A stretch of DNA of 63,166 nucleotides, filler included, from Pelomyxa schiedti (taxonomy: Eukaryota > Protista > Evosea), in assembly GCA_020536535.1 (NCBI GenBank). It is 10 parts of 10 records of this genome, joined end to end, with 100 filler letters (N's around TTAATTAATTAA, not from the genome) between each part and the next. Parts side by side here need not be neighbours in the genome. Positions count along the whole stretch, not along the records: positions 27,502 to 54,660 come from JAHLWZ010001033.1; positions 54,761 to 56,450 come from JAHLWZ010002329.1; 8 more parts are not named here. One strand, written 5' to 3'. Below are positions 37,975-55,990 of this stretch, piece after piece. A program made the translations under genes and the position numbers. The notes under the pieces were generated by a model. It ran no database searches, had not been told where the DNA came from, and saw only the letters and a list, made by a program, of their open reading frames with translations. How positions within the stretch are numbered: position 1 is the first letter of the stretch; each line of letters starts with the position of its first letter.

Positions 37975-38814
37975 TTACTCTAGCTTTTTCCTTTTTCCAC
38001 GCAGCTTGGTCAATGGAGATAACATGGCGCGCAGGTGGCGCAGCACAATGCCCTTGGTGAGACTCATAACATCGTCAACTCGTTGCTTGTTCTTGTGGTA
38101 GAAGGCTGGAATGACCATTGTCATAACAAATACTAGCCACAACAAGACAGTTCCAGGTATAAACACGCCAAGAAAAGCAAGCACAGCCAGAACGGAACAT
38201 GCCTAAGGGAGGTCAATTTACTTATTTGATTATGTTTTAACGAGTACCACTGACGAGACCATAGGATTCCAAAATGAGAGAATTCGAAGAGCATTCTGAA
38301 CCAGGTCCTCCAAGGTCTTTAATACAATTTGAACTTCAACGGATCCTACTTGGAACACTCTACTTTGCCTAAAAAGGAAGTAAACAATATGTTACTGCGG
38401 ATGTCCGCGCATACTCCTCCAGGGATTCTGAACAACCAAGGTAGTTTACGGCCAGCTTTGTACCATAATGGTAAACAGCAAATGAAGCGAAAATGCACAA
38501 CAATGCGCCACAGATTAAGGTAACTACTGGAATGTCCTTAGCCATCAACAGGAAAAAGAATGCGTTCACTGCAATGAATGCTGTCCCCGTATGATAAGGT
38601 TGCTCCCACATTATAAAGTGACGAACTGCACAAACAAGCAAGAAAGATAAGCCGCACGAAAAAGGGCATTGGGCATTAAAAAAAGAAATAAAGAAAGAAA
38701 GAAAAACACACAAAGAGGCCACCAGTGATGATTATCGCGGATCGAGCAAGCACTGTCGGTACTTTCGTCGTCCTTAGATCTCAGTAGCTCAGGTTGTGCT
38801 GGTCGGTCGTCCAT
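37975..38814 (-). CDS. Reticulon-domain protein
   Basis: HFIMWEQPYHTGTAF followed by two long hydrophobic hairpins and the IPAFYHKNKQRVD motif. Confidence 0.75.
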
Positions 38815-38898
38815 GGACCCGATGGGCGGAGATGTCGTGTCTGTAGCCGTCTTTGTCCTGCCCTTGTGGTGTTGTTTGGGTATTTGTTTGTTTTTATT

Positions 38899-43454
<4,556 letters not shown>

Positions 43455-43792
43455 TTTTGCCACCTCAGTCACCAACCAATCTTGTTCTTGGCCAGAACCC
43501 CATCAACAAAAAGATCACCGGGTTCTGATGAACGAATGAAACGACCCCTTTTTTTTTCCCGTTCTTCTTGTTTCTCTTCACCAAACTTGGAACCCCCAGA
43601 AAAGCCAACAACAAAAAACACAAAAGAAAAGAAAAAAAAAACAAACACCCACACAAGGGGCACCCCCATCACCGACACGCCCGGGTCTACGACACGACAC
43701 AAACACGACACCGCAGACTCTAACATACACTACTACATTACTACAATTGCCACATAGTACGTAACTCGTGGAGAGGTCGACAATACTCAAGG

Positions 43793-45643
43793 ATGAGCAG
43801 GCAGCACGGTGGGGGAGGCGCATCTACTAGGAGGTCACAACAACAGCAGCAACAGGACCACACTGCGGTGGCACCTACTTCGTCTCAGCAACAGCAGCAG
43901 GCGGCGCCAAATAATACAGTAGTGGCGTCGGATGTGGGGGTGTCGGGTGGCACGTCGCAGCAGCAGCAACAACAGCAACAGCAGGCACAGCAGCAACAAA
44001 TGGTGCAGTTGCAACATCACCAACAGACTGCCTTGTTGCAGGCTCCGCCGGCGCCCCTCCAACAGGCACTGCAAATGCAACAGGTGGCGCCTCGTGCTCA
44101 GCAACAGCAGCAGCAACAATTATCTGTGGTGAAGCTTGGTTTTTTTTACTATTACAAAATTGCTACTTTTGTTGGAGAGTTCATTTAATGATTACACACA
44201 GGTAGAGGAACTCGAAAAAGTGAGACTGGCCTTGCTTCAAGTGAACCGTACCTTCTTTTTCTTCTTTTGCAATAATACTCAAATATAATATGAAAACAAC
44301 CTCACAACTCACAGAGTACATCACTACCTTCACTCACTATAAAAACAACCTCCTGGAGAGAGAGAACATGCTAATTCAACTTCTGCAATTGCATCAGCAA
44401 CAGCAGCAACAACAGCAGCAGCAACAACAACAGCAACAACAGCAACAGCAGCAGCAGCAGCAACAACAGCAGCAAATAAAGCAGGAAATACCGGAATCAG
44501 AGAAGCCACACCAATCAGGAGTGCTCCCTTTACCGTTGCCTTTGCCTCTCCCACTCCCTCTGCCTCTTCCAAATCCAGTTCAATCCCAAATTTCGACTGC
44601 ACAACGACGAGTACAGCATGTGTCCCCTTCAGTATTGCCAATGCCCACTCCCCCTGTAGGGCATCATCCTGCTCTTCTCCCTTTTCCCACCCCTGGCCCT
44701 GCAATGGGAAGTAACAAAACGAAACAGCCAGAACCACAAATACAGGCTATGCCTCAAACAGAGGTGGCACAATCCCCGCTTGTTGTTCCACAGAATTCGC
44801 AGAAGCAAGTCCAACCAGTGGGTGAACATGAAACAAAGAAAAAGAAGAAGAAGCATTCCTCCCGTTCCCAAGCAAACAATGGCCAGTCTCCGCCTCAAGT
44901 GCAGAACGAACCTCAGTCTCAAGTGCAGGCACAACCACCACCGATGCAAGCACAAACTCAGCCAGCAGCTCCTACTCAGTTGTCCGCAGTTCAAAAACAA
45001 CAAATCAACGAGGTGTCACAAGTTACACCACCAGCACAAGTTAGCACAGGTATCCAAGTGCAACCGCAACCTTCTTCACAGCAGTTGCAGCAAGTACAAG
45101 CCATTCACCAAGGAAGGGCAGATATGACTCAGGTCACCTATGACAACAACGGTTATATCCAGGTTATTTTCTTTTCTTTCCGTGTAGACTCTTATTTTCT
45201 TACCAGACACTCCATCTTGGGAACCTCCCATACGATGTGACAGCAGGTCATCTGGCAAGTTTCTTCTCGCAATTTGGTGCCGTGGCTGACGCATGCGTTG
45301 CCCCAAATCCACAGACAGGGAAATCAAAAGGTTACAAATTTCCTTTATATGTTGGTCTTCTCACTATTCCAAACAGGATTTGGATTTGTGACTTTCGCAG
45401 ATCCACAAGTGGCCGCGTACATCATGTCACAGACCATACAAATTGCTGGTAGAACTGTCATAATTAGTGTTGCCAAGGTTTGTTGTAGCCCGGAATACTA
45501 CCATAGATAACTGTTGTATCCCTCTTCCCTATTTCAATGTGCAGAGGCAATCTTGGCCTCAGAGAAGGCCCTACAATCAGCAATCAACACCATTACTCCC
45601 CCAACCACCTTTGATGCAGTTACCTTATGAAAGGAAGTGGTAA
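43793..45643 (+). CDS. PolyQ-rich RRM RNA-binding protein
   Basis: RRM LGNLPYDV..FFSQFGAV..TGKSKG|FGFVTF; long CAG/CAA tracts. Confidence 0.75.
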
Positions 45644-46245
45644 ACACGACCTGAGTTCAGGAAACACCCAATAACAAACTCAGTCTAAAATGTCCCTAGT
45701 TTCGGGACTGAAAAGATCTTTCTTTTCACCAAGAGGATTTTCCAATCCTCTCTTAAAACAATTTGTTTTTTTGTCATAAAGCCTCTGTTATAAGATAGAC
45801 TTTAGATTGCGGGATTAGAATGGCAAGAGATTCACCAAAGCTTTACACTTTTTGCACCATTCCCTGCGCAGCATTGATAAGGTCTCCTTTTCAACGAGAT
45901 CACAATGGTCGTTAAATTGTTGTTGAATAAGGTATTGTTTTGAGTTATTTAGTCTTGGAGGAAAAGCTAAGTCGCTATGACGAGCGTTGTGTAGGGTACC
46001 TCTTTCCCTATCCGGCCATGGCATTAAGGCGAAATTTAATAGTAGAATCACATCATTGGCACAGCGGAAAATAAACGGTGAAGTACCGGGGATACCACAC
46101 AAGCGCGACTCCCTAAAATGGCCAGCACAAACCAACACTATGTCATTGTGGTTTTGGGGCGCTTCAATTGACGTGAACGCAATCAGTCTACAAAAAGAAC
46201 GAAAAAAAACACCAACACAGAAAGACACTTTAGTTGCAAGGAAAA

Positions 46246-47227
46246 ATGTCCAAAGCACTCCTTTTGATTTGTGCTTGTTGCACTTTGGCGTTTGTGAGTT
46301 GTTTGGAGGCACCACTGATTCCAGAGGAGTTTTGCACACACATTGTACAGAACAAGTGGAACATGAATGGTGACTACATGAACCACACTTGGGTTGGAAC
46401 TGTACGTTGCCATGCCTTCACTTTATTATCTTTTTCTCAACCCTTTTAGTACTACAGCAGCTATGCTCTTATGATGGCGAGGTACGATGGTGCTTATTTT
46501 GGCACTGGGAATGTCTCAGACCCGACACCGCCTGAAGCCGATTGGGCAATGTCATTGATGGACTTCACTCAAGGTTGCTATCCTTTCTAACCTTCACATA
46601 ATTCCAAAAACCCACCTAAAAAAAACGAAATTTCAGTTCCTACTCTCAACACATACATCTCGAAGACCTCCATCGTGGACCCAATTGAGTGCTACATTGG
46701 CACAGCAGTGACACTCCCACCCCAGAAATCCACCTTCCTGGCGTATGTAACCAAACTCTTTCAATTCTCATCTCCCCGGCTCTCTATCTCACTCTCATCT
46801 CCTATCTCCAATCTCCAAATCAATCCTCCCCCACACTGACCGACACAGCGACATCGGAGCCACGTTCTCGGGCTACGCCGAAGTCACAGCGCACGGGGTG
46901 TGCGAGAAGTGGAGCTTCCCACTGGCCAGCGTCGTCCCCGACGCCCCGACCGTCGACGTGACGTGGATCACGTTCTACTTCGACTACCCAGGGCGGTCCT
47001 TCGTGAGGTGGGACATCGCGGCCACCAACCTCATGACGGGCGTGATCACCGAGTTCGTCTACAACCTGGAGCTGGAGTCGCCGCTCCCCGCGTCGATGTT
47101 CCAGGGCAGCGGCGTGTGCCCGACTGGGAGCACCAGGGTGTACAAGGAGATGCCCCCAGTGCCCACGGGACTCCCAGGCTACCTCCTGTCGGATCTACTC
47201 ATCGAGGTCAAGGGCACAAAGTTCTGA
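46246..47227 (+). CDS. Secreted protein, possibly ependymin-related (LolA-like fold)
   Basis: Signal peptide; PLIPEEF start; ATFSG..GVCEKW..TFYFD and PASMF..VC pattern typical of ependymin-like proteins. Family call is tentative. Confidence 0.5.
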
Positions 47228-47437
47228 TCTCCACTAGAGATGTACTCTTCGAGATTGTTTGTTGTCAACGCAAAACAACCCCTAAACGCGAGGTGACAAT
47301 CAGCTTTTTTTTTTTTTTCTTTGGCCGAATTCTGTATCAGCGTTGAATTCATTTCTCTTCTTCAGAGCGACACGTAGAAGAGATTTTTAATTACGGAAAG
47401 GAGGAAAAAACATAAAGACAAAACAAAGATCTCCGAG

Positions 47438-49779
47438 ATGATGCTGTCATCTGCGTCTGCCGCCGCGACGTCGTCGTTCGTGCCCATGTCCACAACGTGC
47501 ACATCGTTGTCGGCCATCGCGAGGCGTGGTTTGAGTGGGAAAACCGCCGTCGCGCGTCGTCACGCGTCCACGCACAAAGACATCAGATACGGGCCAGAGG
47601 CGAGATCGTTGTTGCTCCAGGGTGTGGAGAAATTGGCCAGGGCCGTGGAGGTCACCCTTGGTCCCAAGGTTTTTTTTTTTAGTTTGATTTTGTCCCATTT
47701 GACTTTCAAAAGGGAAGAAATGTTGTCTTGGGGCAGTCTTTTGGAGTACCCAAGATTACAAAGGATGGAGTAACAGTGGCAAGGCACATCGACTTTAAAA
47801 ATCCACATGAAAACCTGGGTGCTCAACTTGTCCGTGGAGTTGCATCCAAGACTAATGATGAGGCTGGCGATGGTTCTTTCTTTCTTTGAAGCATGCATCT
47901 TGTGACCATTGCTTAGGCACAACAACTGCCACTGTTCTCACTCACGCGATTTTCTCTGAAGGGTGTAAAGCTGTTGCAGCTGGAATGAACCCAATGGATG
48001 TAAAACGTGGCATAGATACCGCAACTGAAGCCGTGGTCACAGCACTAAAATCGATGTCAAAGGAAATTTCCTCCCAAGAAGAGATTATGCAAGTTGCAAC
48101 GGTTTCAGCTAACAATGACCGAGAGATCGGAAAATTGATTGCAGATGCAATAGAGAAAGTCGGAAAAGAAGGAGTTATCACTGTCCAAGTGAGCCAAAAA
48201 TGACATGTCCTATGCCTAACTCCACCGAGGATGGGAAGACACTGAAAGATGAACTGGAACTCATTGAAGGAATGAAGTTTGACTCTGGTTACATTTCTCG
48301 TTACTTCATGACCGATATGAAAACGCAAACTTGTGTATGTTACTTTTCTCCTCTTTTCCTGCTAAGATAAAACAGGTTTTTGACAACGCGTTGCTTCTCA
48401 TAACTGACAGAAAAATCAGTACCCCTCAGTCTCTCATCCCGGTTCTTGAGGTTAACTGGCTCAGCCAATTCAATGCCATCTGAGCGACTTTCCAACAGAT
48501 CGCTCACAATGAAAGACGACCACTTGTCATCATTGCCGAGAATGTGGATGGGGATGCTCTAACAACATTAATCCTCAACAAGCTCCGTGGGCTTCAGGTC
48601 ACTGCAGCTAAAGCACCAGGTTAGGGCCAGAAGTAAAAGGGAGTCCATTGACGAATTTGTATGTAGATTTTGGGGAGACCAGAAAGATGATCATGCAAGA
48701 TATTGCTACATTGACAGGCGCTACTGTATGCTGTTATTTTTCTTAACTGCATTAACTCCTTTTCAGTTCATTACTGAAGATCTGGGACATAAGTTAGAAA
48801 ATATAAACCTTTCCCATCTCGGTTCAGCTAAGCAAGTCACCATGACACAGGTTTCGTGTAACACTTCGAAACTTCCTTCCTCACTTGATCTATTAGGATG
48901 ACACTCTAATTCTTGATGGCGCAGGGGCAAAAGAAGTAAGCAGTTCCATACACAAACCGAAGAGAGAGTAATAGGTTCCAGAAAGTGGATGAACGATGTG
49001 AACAAATACGCCAGCAGCTTGCTAAAGCTACCTCTGATTATGAAAAAGAAAAGCTTCAACAACGGCTCGCCAAGTTATCACGTGGTGTTGCTGTTTTGAA
49101 AGTACTGAATATCTTAAACACCGGAATCTCACAACATTTCAGATTGGAGGAGCTAGTGAAGTTCAAGTAAACGAAAAGAAAGACCGAATAAATGATGCGC
49201 TAAATGCAACACGAGCCGCCATCGCTGAAGGGATCGTTCCTGGTGGTGGTGTTGCCTTGCTGAAGGCTTCAAAGCACCTGGACACACTCAAGGGAGACAA
49301 CTTTGATGCCAATGTGGGGATCAAGATCGTAAGAGACGCCATCAGAGTATGTTCCATTGTCCCTCCTTGTTTAATAACAGTAGCATCCACAAGATTCCAG
49401 CCAAGATGATTGCGCAGAATGCAGGTGAAGAAGGAGCAGTTGTTGTACAGAAACTTCTGTCTTCTGACGCACCAAACCTTGGATTCAATGCCCAAACAGG
49501 TTGGTGTATTGTACTGTGTGTTCGGCTTTTTCCAACTTATACCTCTTTCAGGAGAGTATGTGGATATGATGTCTGCAGGTATAGTTGACCCAACGAAAGT
49601 TGTGAGAACCGCTTTTGTTGATGCAGCCAGGTTTATTTCTGCCACTTATTACGGCACTGTTAACTCTCCATAGTGTGTCCTCTCTCATGGCCACAACAGA
49701 GGCCATGGTAGTCGAGATGCCAGAGAAAGAAGAGTCGCGCTGTGGCTCACATGCACCCCCAACCTCCTATGACCTTTGA
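47438..49779 (+). CDS. HSP60: Mitochondrial-type chaperonin 60 with N-terminal presequence
   Basis: [28 protein letters not shown]|[30 protein letters not shown] and IVDPTKVVR; many short introns. Confidence 0.96.
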
Positions 49780-49856
49780 ACACGCAAATTTCCAATAAAG
49801 TGAAGAAACAAAAATAATCAATACAAACAATTTTTCTTTTCTTTGGTTATTTACGG

Positions 49857-52365
49857 TTATGGTATCTTTATCTCACCCAGAGCTGCAAGGACCATGACCA
49901 ACTCTGGGGTTGAAGCGGCGAACACCTTACCCTTACGTGAGAGGTAGGAGTACTTGAGAGGACCATCCTTCCTCACTCTACATGGGTATTGTCAAGGGAT
50001 ACAACCAAGTTTAGGAGGATAGTCTTGGGGAGTACACATTCTATGGATTACGTTGCCGGATTCCTGCCTCGATACCACCATTGGGTGCTCTACGGGTGAC
50101 ATCTGATTAAGGCGCACCAGGAATGTGCCTTCTGCGGCAGAGGAAAGAGCTCGTTCAGCATCTTCCAAGGTGGCAAACGGGACAAACCATCTGAGTGTAT
50201 GAGAGGAAATATTTAAACAGGCACACCTACGGCTGTGAGCAGAGAACATTCATCTTGGTAATTCAGCATTAGAGGTAAGGTTATTTTTTGGGAAAAGTGC
50301 TCACTTCATTGAGAAGCCCACTGTTGGGCATAAAGAAATCCCCGAAGCATTTGCACAACAAGTCAAATCTTTCTATAGATACGGTCTGTCCTACTGAATG
50401 CACGCATGACTAGAGTTCCAGCGAACAGGAACTCATACCACAAGCAAGGGTTTGGACAGCCACAAATGAGTGAAGTGGCACCTGCGCCACTGCGGCAACT
50501 ACTGAGGCAAAGTGAGTCCAGGCGACTTCATCTGCGAGCACTGGCCCATTTTCCGACAGCTGAGCCCACAGGAATCTGGCAGGGGTTGATGAAATAGCAT
50601 ATTCGCCCCAGGCTCGGTCAAACAGAGATAGCACTTCTGAAATGCTCGGTCGCTTCAAGACGTTAGAGCAACAAAGAGATAATCAAGAGAAACTTGATCT
50701 GGGTCCAACTGTAAACTCCTCTCAAGCAGTTCTCTCTATGTGCAGGTAAACACGAAAACGAGTTGGTATAGACGTCATTACCAAAGACGGGGGTACTGGT
50801 TCATGAGACCCTGCTTGATCATGGGGGTGTGGAAGATTGGGAGGTACTTCCGGGTGGAGGTGTGGTTTTGCGGCGAGTTTTGCTTTGAGATCATCAACAT
50901 CAGTATATTCACCTTTAAAAAGGACGTTCTCGGTTAACATTTCCCAGATCAGCAGTGCTAGGGCGTAACTAGATAGTGTTGGAACCAGAAGTAGACTCGA
51001 AAAGCTTACATGTCAGATGAAGTAGAGGCGGGTCTTGTATTCCGCACCAATTCTGGTGCCATATACAGGGCTTTTAAATTGTTCAGATGAAGGGTCTACA
51101 AGGAGGAGCTTACTCGTTCCACAAGTTGGTTCATTGACAGCAATCGCCAGTGTGCCTGGCTGAAACCATTTACCAAATCCAAAATCGGCCACCTATTTAG
51201 TGTTTACCACAATAAAGTACATCGCAAAAGGTGACGAAGAAACTTTAGCATTCAAGTGTCTATCAACAAGTACATTTCCTGGTTTAATATCTCTTCTAGA
51301 TATAAGAATGGTTCAAAGTAACAAAAAGAACCAAATTACCTGTGAACTATTCTTTTGGTATTATGCAGGAACTCGATTCCAACAATCTAAGGGTGTGAGA
51401 GGAGTAGGTTGTCATTGAAACGCACTATGTCACGAGCGATGTGAAATTTGATCTTCAGTGTCAATCCTCGTTGAAGGTAGGAAAGGTCATGTGGCAGGTG
51501 CATAGGGTCATGGATCAAGCTGTCCAAATTGCATGAAAGTCTTTCGAACACCAGATTTATCACGTTGCCAGTTATGCACGTACCTTGTAAAAGTAGATTA
51601 GAAGATGTGTGAAAAGAAAGTAATGTAATACCAAGGAAGGTCACGATGTTGGGATGACGGATTCGTCTGAGTAAGTTAAGTTAATAAGAATGCATAGAAA
51701 GGGATACTTTAACAGAGCTGCTTCGGCTTTAAACGAGCCTATCTCAGTAGAATTGATACTCGACAGGGCACCAATGGCACCAGAGCGTGGAATTTTTATA
51801 ACCACTTCTGAGCCTCCAAGCCTTCCTGAAAGAATGAAGAAGGAGTGAGGAAGTGATACTCATTCTATCATGGAATTGAGAGAGTGAGAATTACCCCCAA
51901 AGACATCCCCATAGGTCCCTGAGCTGATCAAAAAGTTCCGATCGACGTACAAGTTCCCAGGTGAGATATCTTCCTCCTGCGACGAACTGGTAGTGACCAC
52001 CACGCTTGCAGAACACAATTGTGGGTCGACTCCGCTCCCGCCATCACTTTGATTTCGTTTCGTTGGCCTTAGCCAGATTCTCTGTGTGCAACTTGCCCCT
52101 TTGTTGTTCACATACTGCACCGTGAATATCTCCCTTGACGCAGACCTGGCCAAATCAGCAGTCGCGAAAGTTGCCCGTAACTTGCGCCCCTGAGCGTAAT
52201 CCACGGTCCTGATTTGGATTGATTCAGTAAAAACAACACTAGCTCGCGGCGGGTTGGTGGTCGTGATTGGTTATTGTATTATGGGAATGCTTACACGTTG
52301 CCATAGGTGTTGTTCTTGTTGAGGGCCTCACGCACAGCTCGGCGTGGCACTTGATCTGCAAGCAT
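49857..52365 (-). CDS. TKL kinase with C-terminal SH2 domain (Dictyostelium Shk-like)
   Basis: SGTYGDV, RHPNIVTFLG, DIKPGNVL, VADFG and YMAPE; SH2-like WF..DAERALSSAAEGTFLVRL. Start approximate. Confidence 0.82.
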
Positions 52366-52745
52366 AATTTCGCGTTCACAGCTCTCACTGCCACCACCTC
52401 TATCTCCAGCTGCCAATACTAATCTCTGATTATTTGTGTTGCTTTTGATTGTGTTGAGCTAATTTTGTTTATTCACAGAGCCAGATGACAACCACTTCTG
52501 GGTCTGATTGAAAGGAATGTTGGTTTACACTTACCGATACCAGCATCATTTACTTCTCGTCTCTCTGAATCCCAGATCCCAGAACAATCAGGCAAAAATA
52601 TTTTCCCAGCCTTACTCAAAATTCCCCCGCAAATCACACAACCACTAAATAAAACTAAGCAAGGCGTATATAAAGAGACACATAAAGCGTCGCGGAACAG
52701 CGACACACAGATCTGGTTCATCGATTACAGGGGTGTCAGCGATTA

Positions 52746-54660
52746 CATTGGGATGGTGGCAGTTGGTGGGATGTTGATGGAGAATCACGTGTCATCAAAT
52801 GTGGGGGGGTGTGGGGTGCTAGGCGTGGTTTTGGCTACAAAGTTCTGAGGTGTCACGCCTCTTCTATGGCGTGATAGCTGCACTACTTTAATCCCCAGCC
52901 TCACACCCCCCAAGCCAAACTGCAGCTAGCTCAGCCTCGCCTCCTTCAAATTGAATCAGAGTGGTTATTAGGTTGGTTGAGTTCTTCACTTTAATTCACT
53001 TCATTAACATCCTATCCTAGGTTTTTCCCCTTTCCGATTTCATTTTACCCTTGTTTGTTGTCTATTATGGAACATTACATTCCAGTCTCAAATAGGTTCA
53101 ATTGCGTTTCTATTTAAATCTCCCTCATAATCGTACAAGGTGTAAGTTACCGTGTTATGCCCACATTCCTCTAGGACCACACAGAAGCCTGTGAGACATA
53201 TGCAAACTTATTGGGCTGCTCGTTGCTAGATGTAACTGTAACACAACAACAGACAACCTCTCCCCCTGCCCGGAACTATTGATTTAATTCTGTTTAATCC
53301 ATCAACCAATACTTCTTATTCAATCCCTCATTTTAGTGAGTTCTTAGAGTTTTGAGGCTTTGCCAATTTTTGTGGGTGGGGAAGATGGTGGTGCCAGGGA
53401 TTGTTGGTGTTGTGCTGGTGATAATGGGTAGTGTGAACAGTAGGGTCGGAGTGGGGCTGAGCCGAGATTAACATATGAAGAGGCCGGAAAGGGTTGGTCC
53501 AATGTACTTGGTGTTGGATGGGAGCTTTCTGATAATCAGTGCAAGCTGTGAATTCTTCCAAAATGCCTGTTCCCTGTGACCTCGCACTTGCATGTTGGTG
53601 TATTGCCACTTTTTCTGAATTTTTGTTGGGGAGAGAACGGCCTCACTGAGTTCGGACTTGAGGCAACCTCGAACCTATTTTTTTGGTGGGTCGTAAGATG
53701 AGAGGGGATAGGAAACCATGGGTTAGTGCTATAACATCGAACAATACATCCAACTTTGAGTGCTAGAGGAGAAAATTTCACCCACCAGGAGAAACTGTGA
53801 GTTGTTAAGAAGCGTCATAGATACCCAGGCTATCGGAATACAGGTACTATGAAAGTCCAGGAGGTTGGAAGAGGAAGTGGAAGTGGCGGAAGCAGAAGAA
53901 CTATTGGCTTCAATGGTTCTCTATGTCAAGAATTTCACGGTGGCTCTTGACGAAAGTGCAAACAGAATCGCCGTCCCTACCCAAAGGACTAGTTACTGAA
54001 GATATTGCAGAGTTTACAACCATCTGGGCCTGTTTTAGGGATCAGTTGCAAGATATAAATGACGTCCTTGTGAGATCGCCTTTGAGTATCTGTTTTGTTG
54101 AAGCAGCGCCTGTTGCTCCTGTTTATACTTCTTGCACGACAACGATGGTGCTGGCGGGCGCCCCATCCAATTCAGAACCGTCGAAAAGTGAGAAATTGGC
54201 CGGCCTCAACTCAGCCAGTCTTGTCTTTCTGTATGTGTACCAGAAATTGTAGTAGCTCCTGTGAGGTTCCCTGAGGAAGAGGCAACTGTCGGACCCCCCT
54301 TCAGGAGTGGTTACACAGTGCCGAAGACAGGCCCATCCACAACGGCTGTGCTGTTGCCAGAAGCTGTACGCGGCAGTGGCAAGTCGGGCCGTACCGCCAT
54401 GCCCGGGACATGTCCCCTTTCTCTTTCCGTTCCTGGCGGTGCTGTGCTTTTTCTTCATCACGTTTTTTCTGTTGGAAGGACACAGTCTGCGCTGTTGTGT
54501 CTCGGCCGCCTCCAATCGGTTTGACAAAAAGAAAAAAATTCAAGATTATCTTGTTATCTGTAGAAGTCGTGGTCTGTGGTGTTCTTGGTCACTGTTTTTT
54601 TGTAGCCCTTCTCGAAGTCTTTTGGTAGTATCACGTAACGGTTTTTGCGTACGGCTTGCA
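52746..54660 (+). repeat. ~2-kb direct repeat, copy 2; ends at the contig edge in a second RPT3 3' end (54554-54660, minus strand)
   Basis: Colinear with 27833-29822. Carries 36-nt and 12-nt insertions and a ~118-nt deletion relative to copy 1. Confidence 0.92.
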
Positions 54661-55599
54661 NNNNNNNNNNNNNNNNNNNNNNNNNNNNNNNNNNNNNNNN
54701 NNNNTTAATTAATTAANNNNNNNNNNNNNNNNNNNNNNNNNNNNNNNNNNNNNNNNNNNNGCCAGAAAGACCTTGACGATCTCCGCAAGAAAAGGTCTGT
54801 CAACCTGTTGTCAGTTTTCTTACTTTCACACAGAGTTTGTGTGGAATGCTTTTTTGGTAGGATGACTGTACTATGGCGTATGGTACAATGCTCACTAATG
54901 CTCACATAGGGTAAGAAGCTGTTTTACACAACTGTGATTTACAATTCTCACCAGGGAACGTGACTTGCATTCTGGGGACCAGAACTCCTATGTTAGAATT
55001 TGCAAACTCCGGGAGAAAGAAGCTGCAGATGTAAGACACAAACGTCAGCAGCAGCGGGACAGTTCAATGGACTCCGCCAGTAAGAGGCCCAATCTCAGCA
55101 AACAGTATGAAACAAATGAACCACAACAATCCCCACCTTCTCCATCGCCACTTCAGTCATTGCATTCACAACCGCAACCGCAACCACAATCGCAGTCGCA
55201 GCCACAACCACAATTGCCATTGCAGCTGCAACCTCAATCGCAATCACCATCGCAGTCTCAACCACAATCGCATCCACCGACACAGGCACAGACACCACCA
55301 CAAACTCAGCCACAGCCGCAACCACAACTCCAATCCCAATCGCAATTGCTGGCCCAGCCACAAACCAATCCCTAGAGGCAGACACAACCACAACCACACC
55401 ATCACCTGTGCCACAAATCATACTCTCACACAAATAACCACATACGAAGATGTCTTCAGATTGCATTCATACAACAACCCTCCAATCCCCACAACTCTTG
55501 TAAGCAGCAAGCACACACAACCCCTGTGAAGTTCACTTGTGGCTAAACTCAACACAACTAATGCGTTGCCAGAAAACAAACAATAGGGATTTCTACTGC

Positions 55600-55990
55600 C
55601 GATAACCCTTGTCTGTCTTTGGGATCCAAACAATCAGGAAAAATCCCACAACACACAAGACAGAAAGGAAATACTGGGACATTGTGTATTGAGCAACGAT
55701 GCCACTTTCGTTATTGGTGCACTTGAAGAGTTCACCACAGACCACCTTGACGAGTTTCAGGGATTTCTGACATCAAGCTCTTCACAGACAAAGGCCCACA
55801 CTTCCACAACTTTGAGGTGGCACATCTATTCCTTTGCCGTCTCCCTCAGAAACTGAACTGCCACCTTTCCTGGCACTTGTGGGCAGCAAAGCATGGAAAG
55901 TCCGAAGTTGATGGGCACTTTGGGCTGTTGTCCCGATTTTACAATGAGCGGACAAAGAAAACCAGAATTGACACAATGGAGCAGTATACT
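55600..55990 (+). mobile_element. Frameshifted DNA-transposase catalytic remnant (Sola2-like HGK..DG signature)
   Basis: Three frames give RKYWDIVY / SNDATFVIGALEEF / IKLFTDKGPHFHN..WAAKHGKSEVDGHFGLLSR. Confidence 0.6.

Noticed and set aside
44390-44475. CAG/CAA tract
   Set aside because: Ordinary coding polyglutamine, common in amoebozoan proteins.
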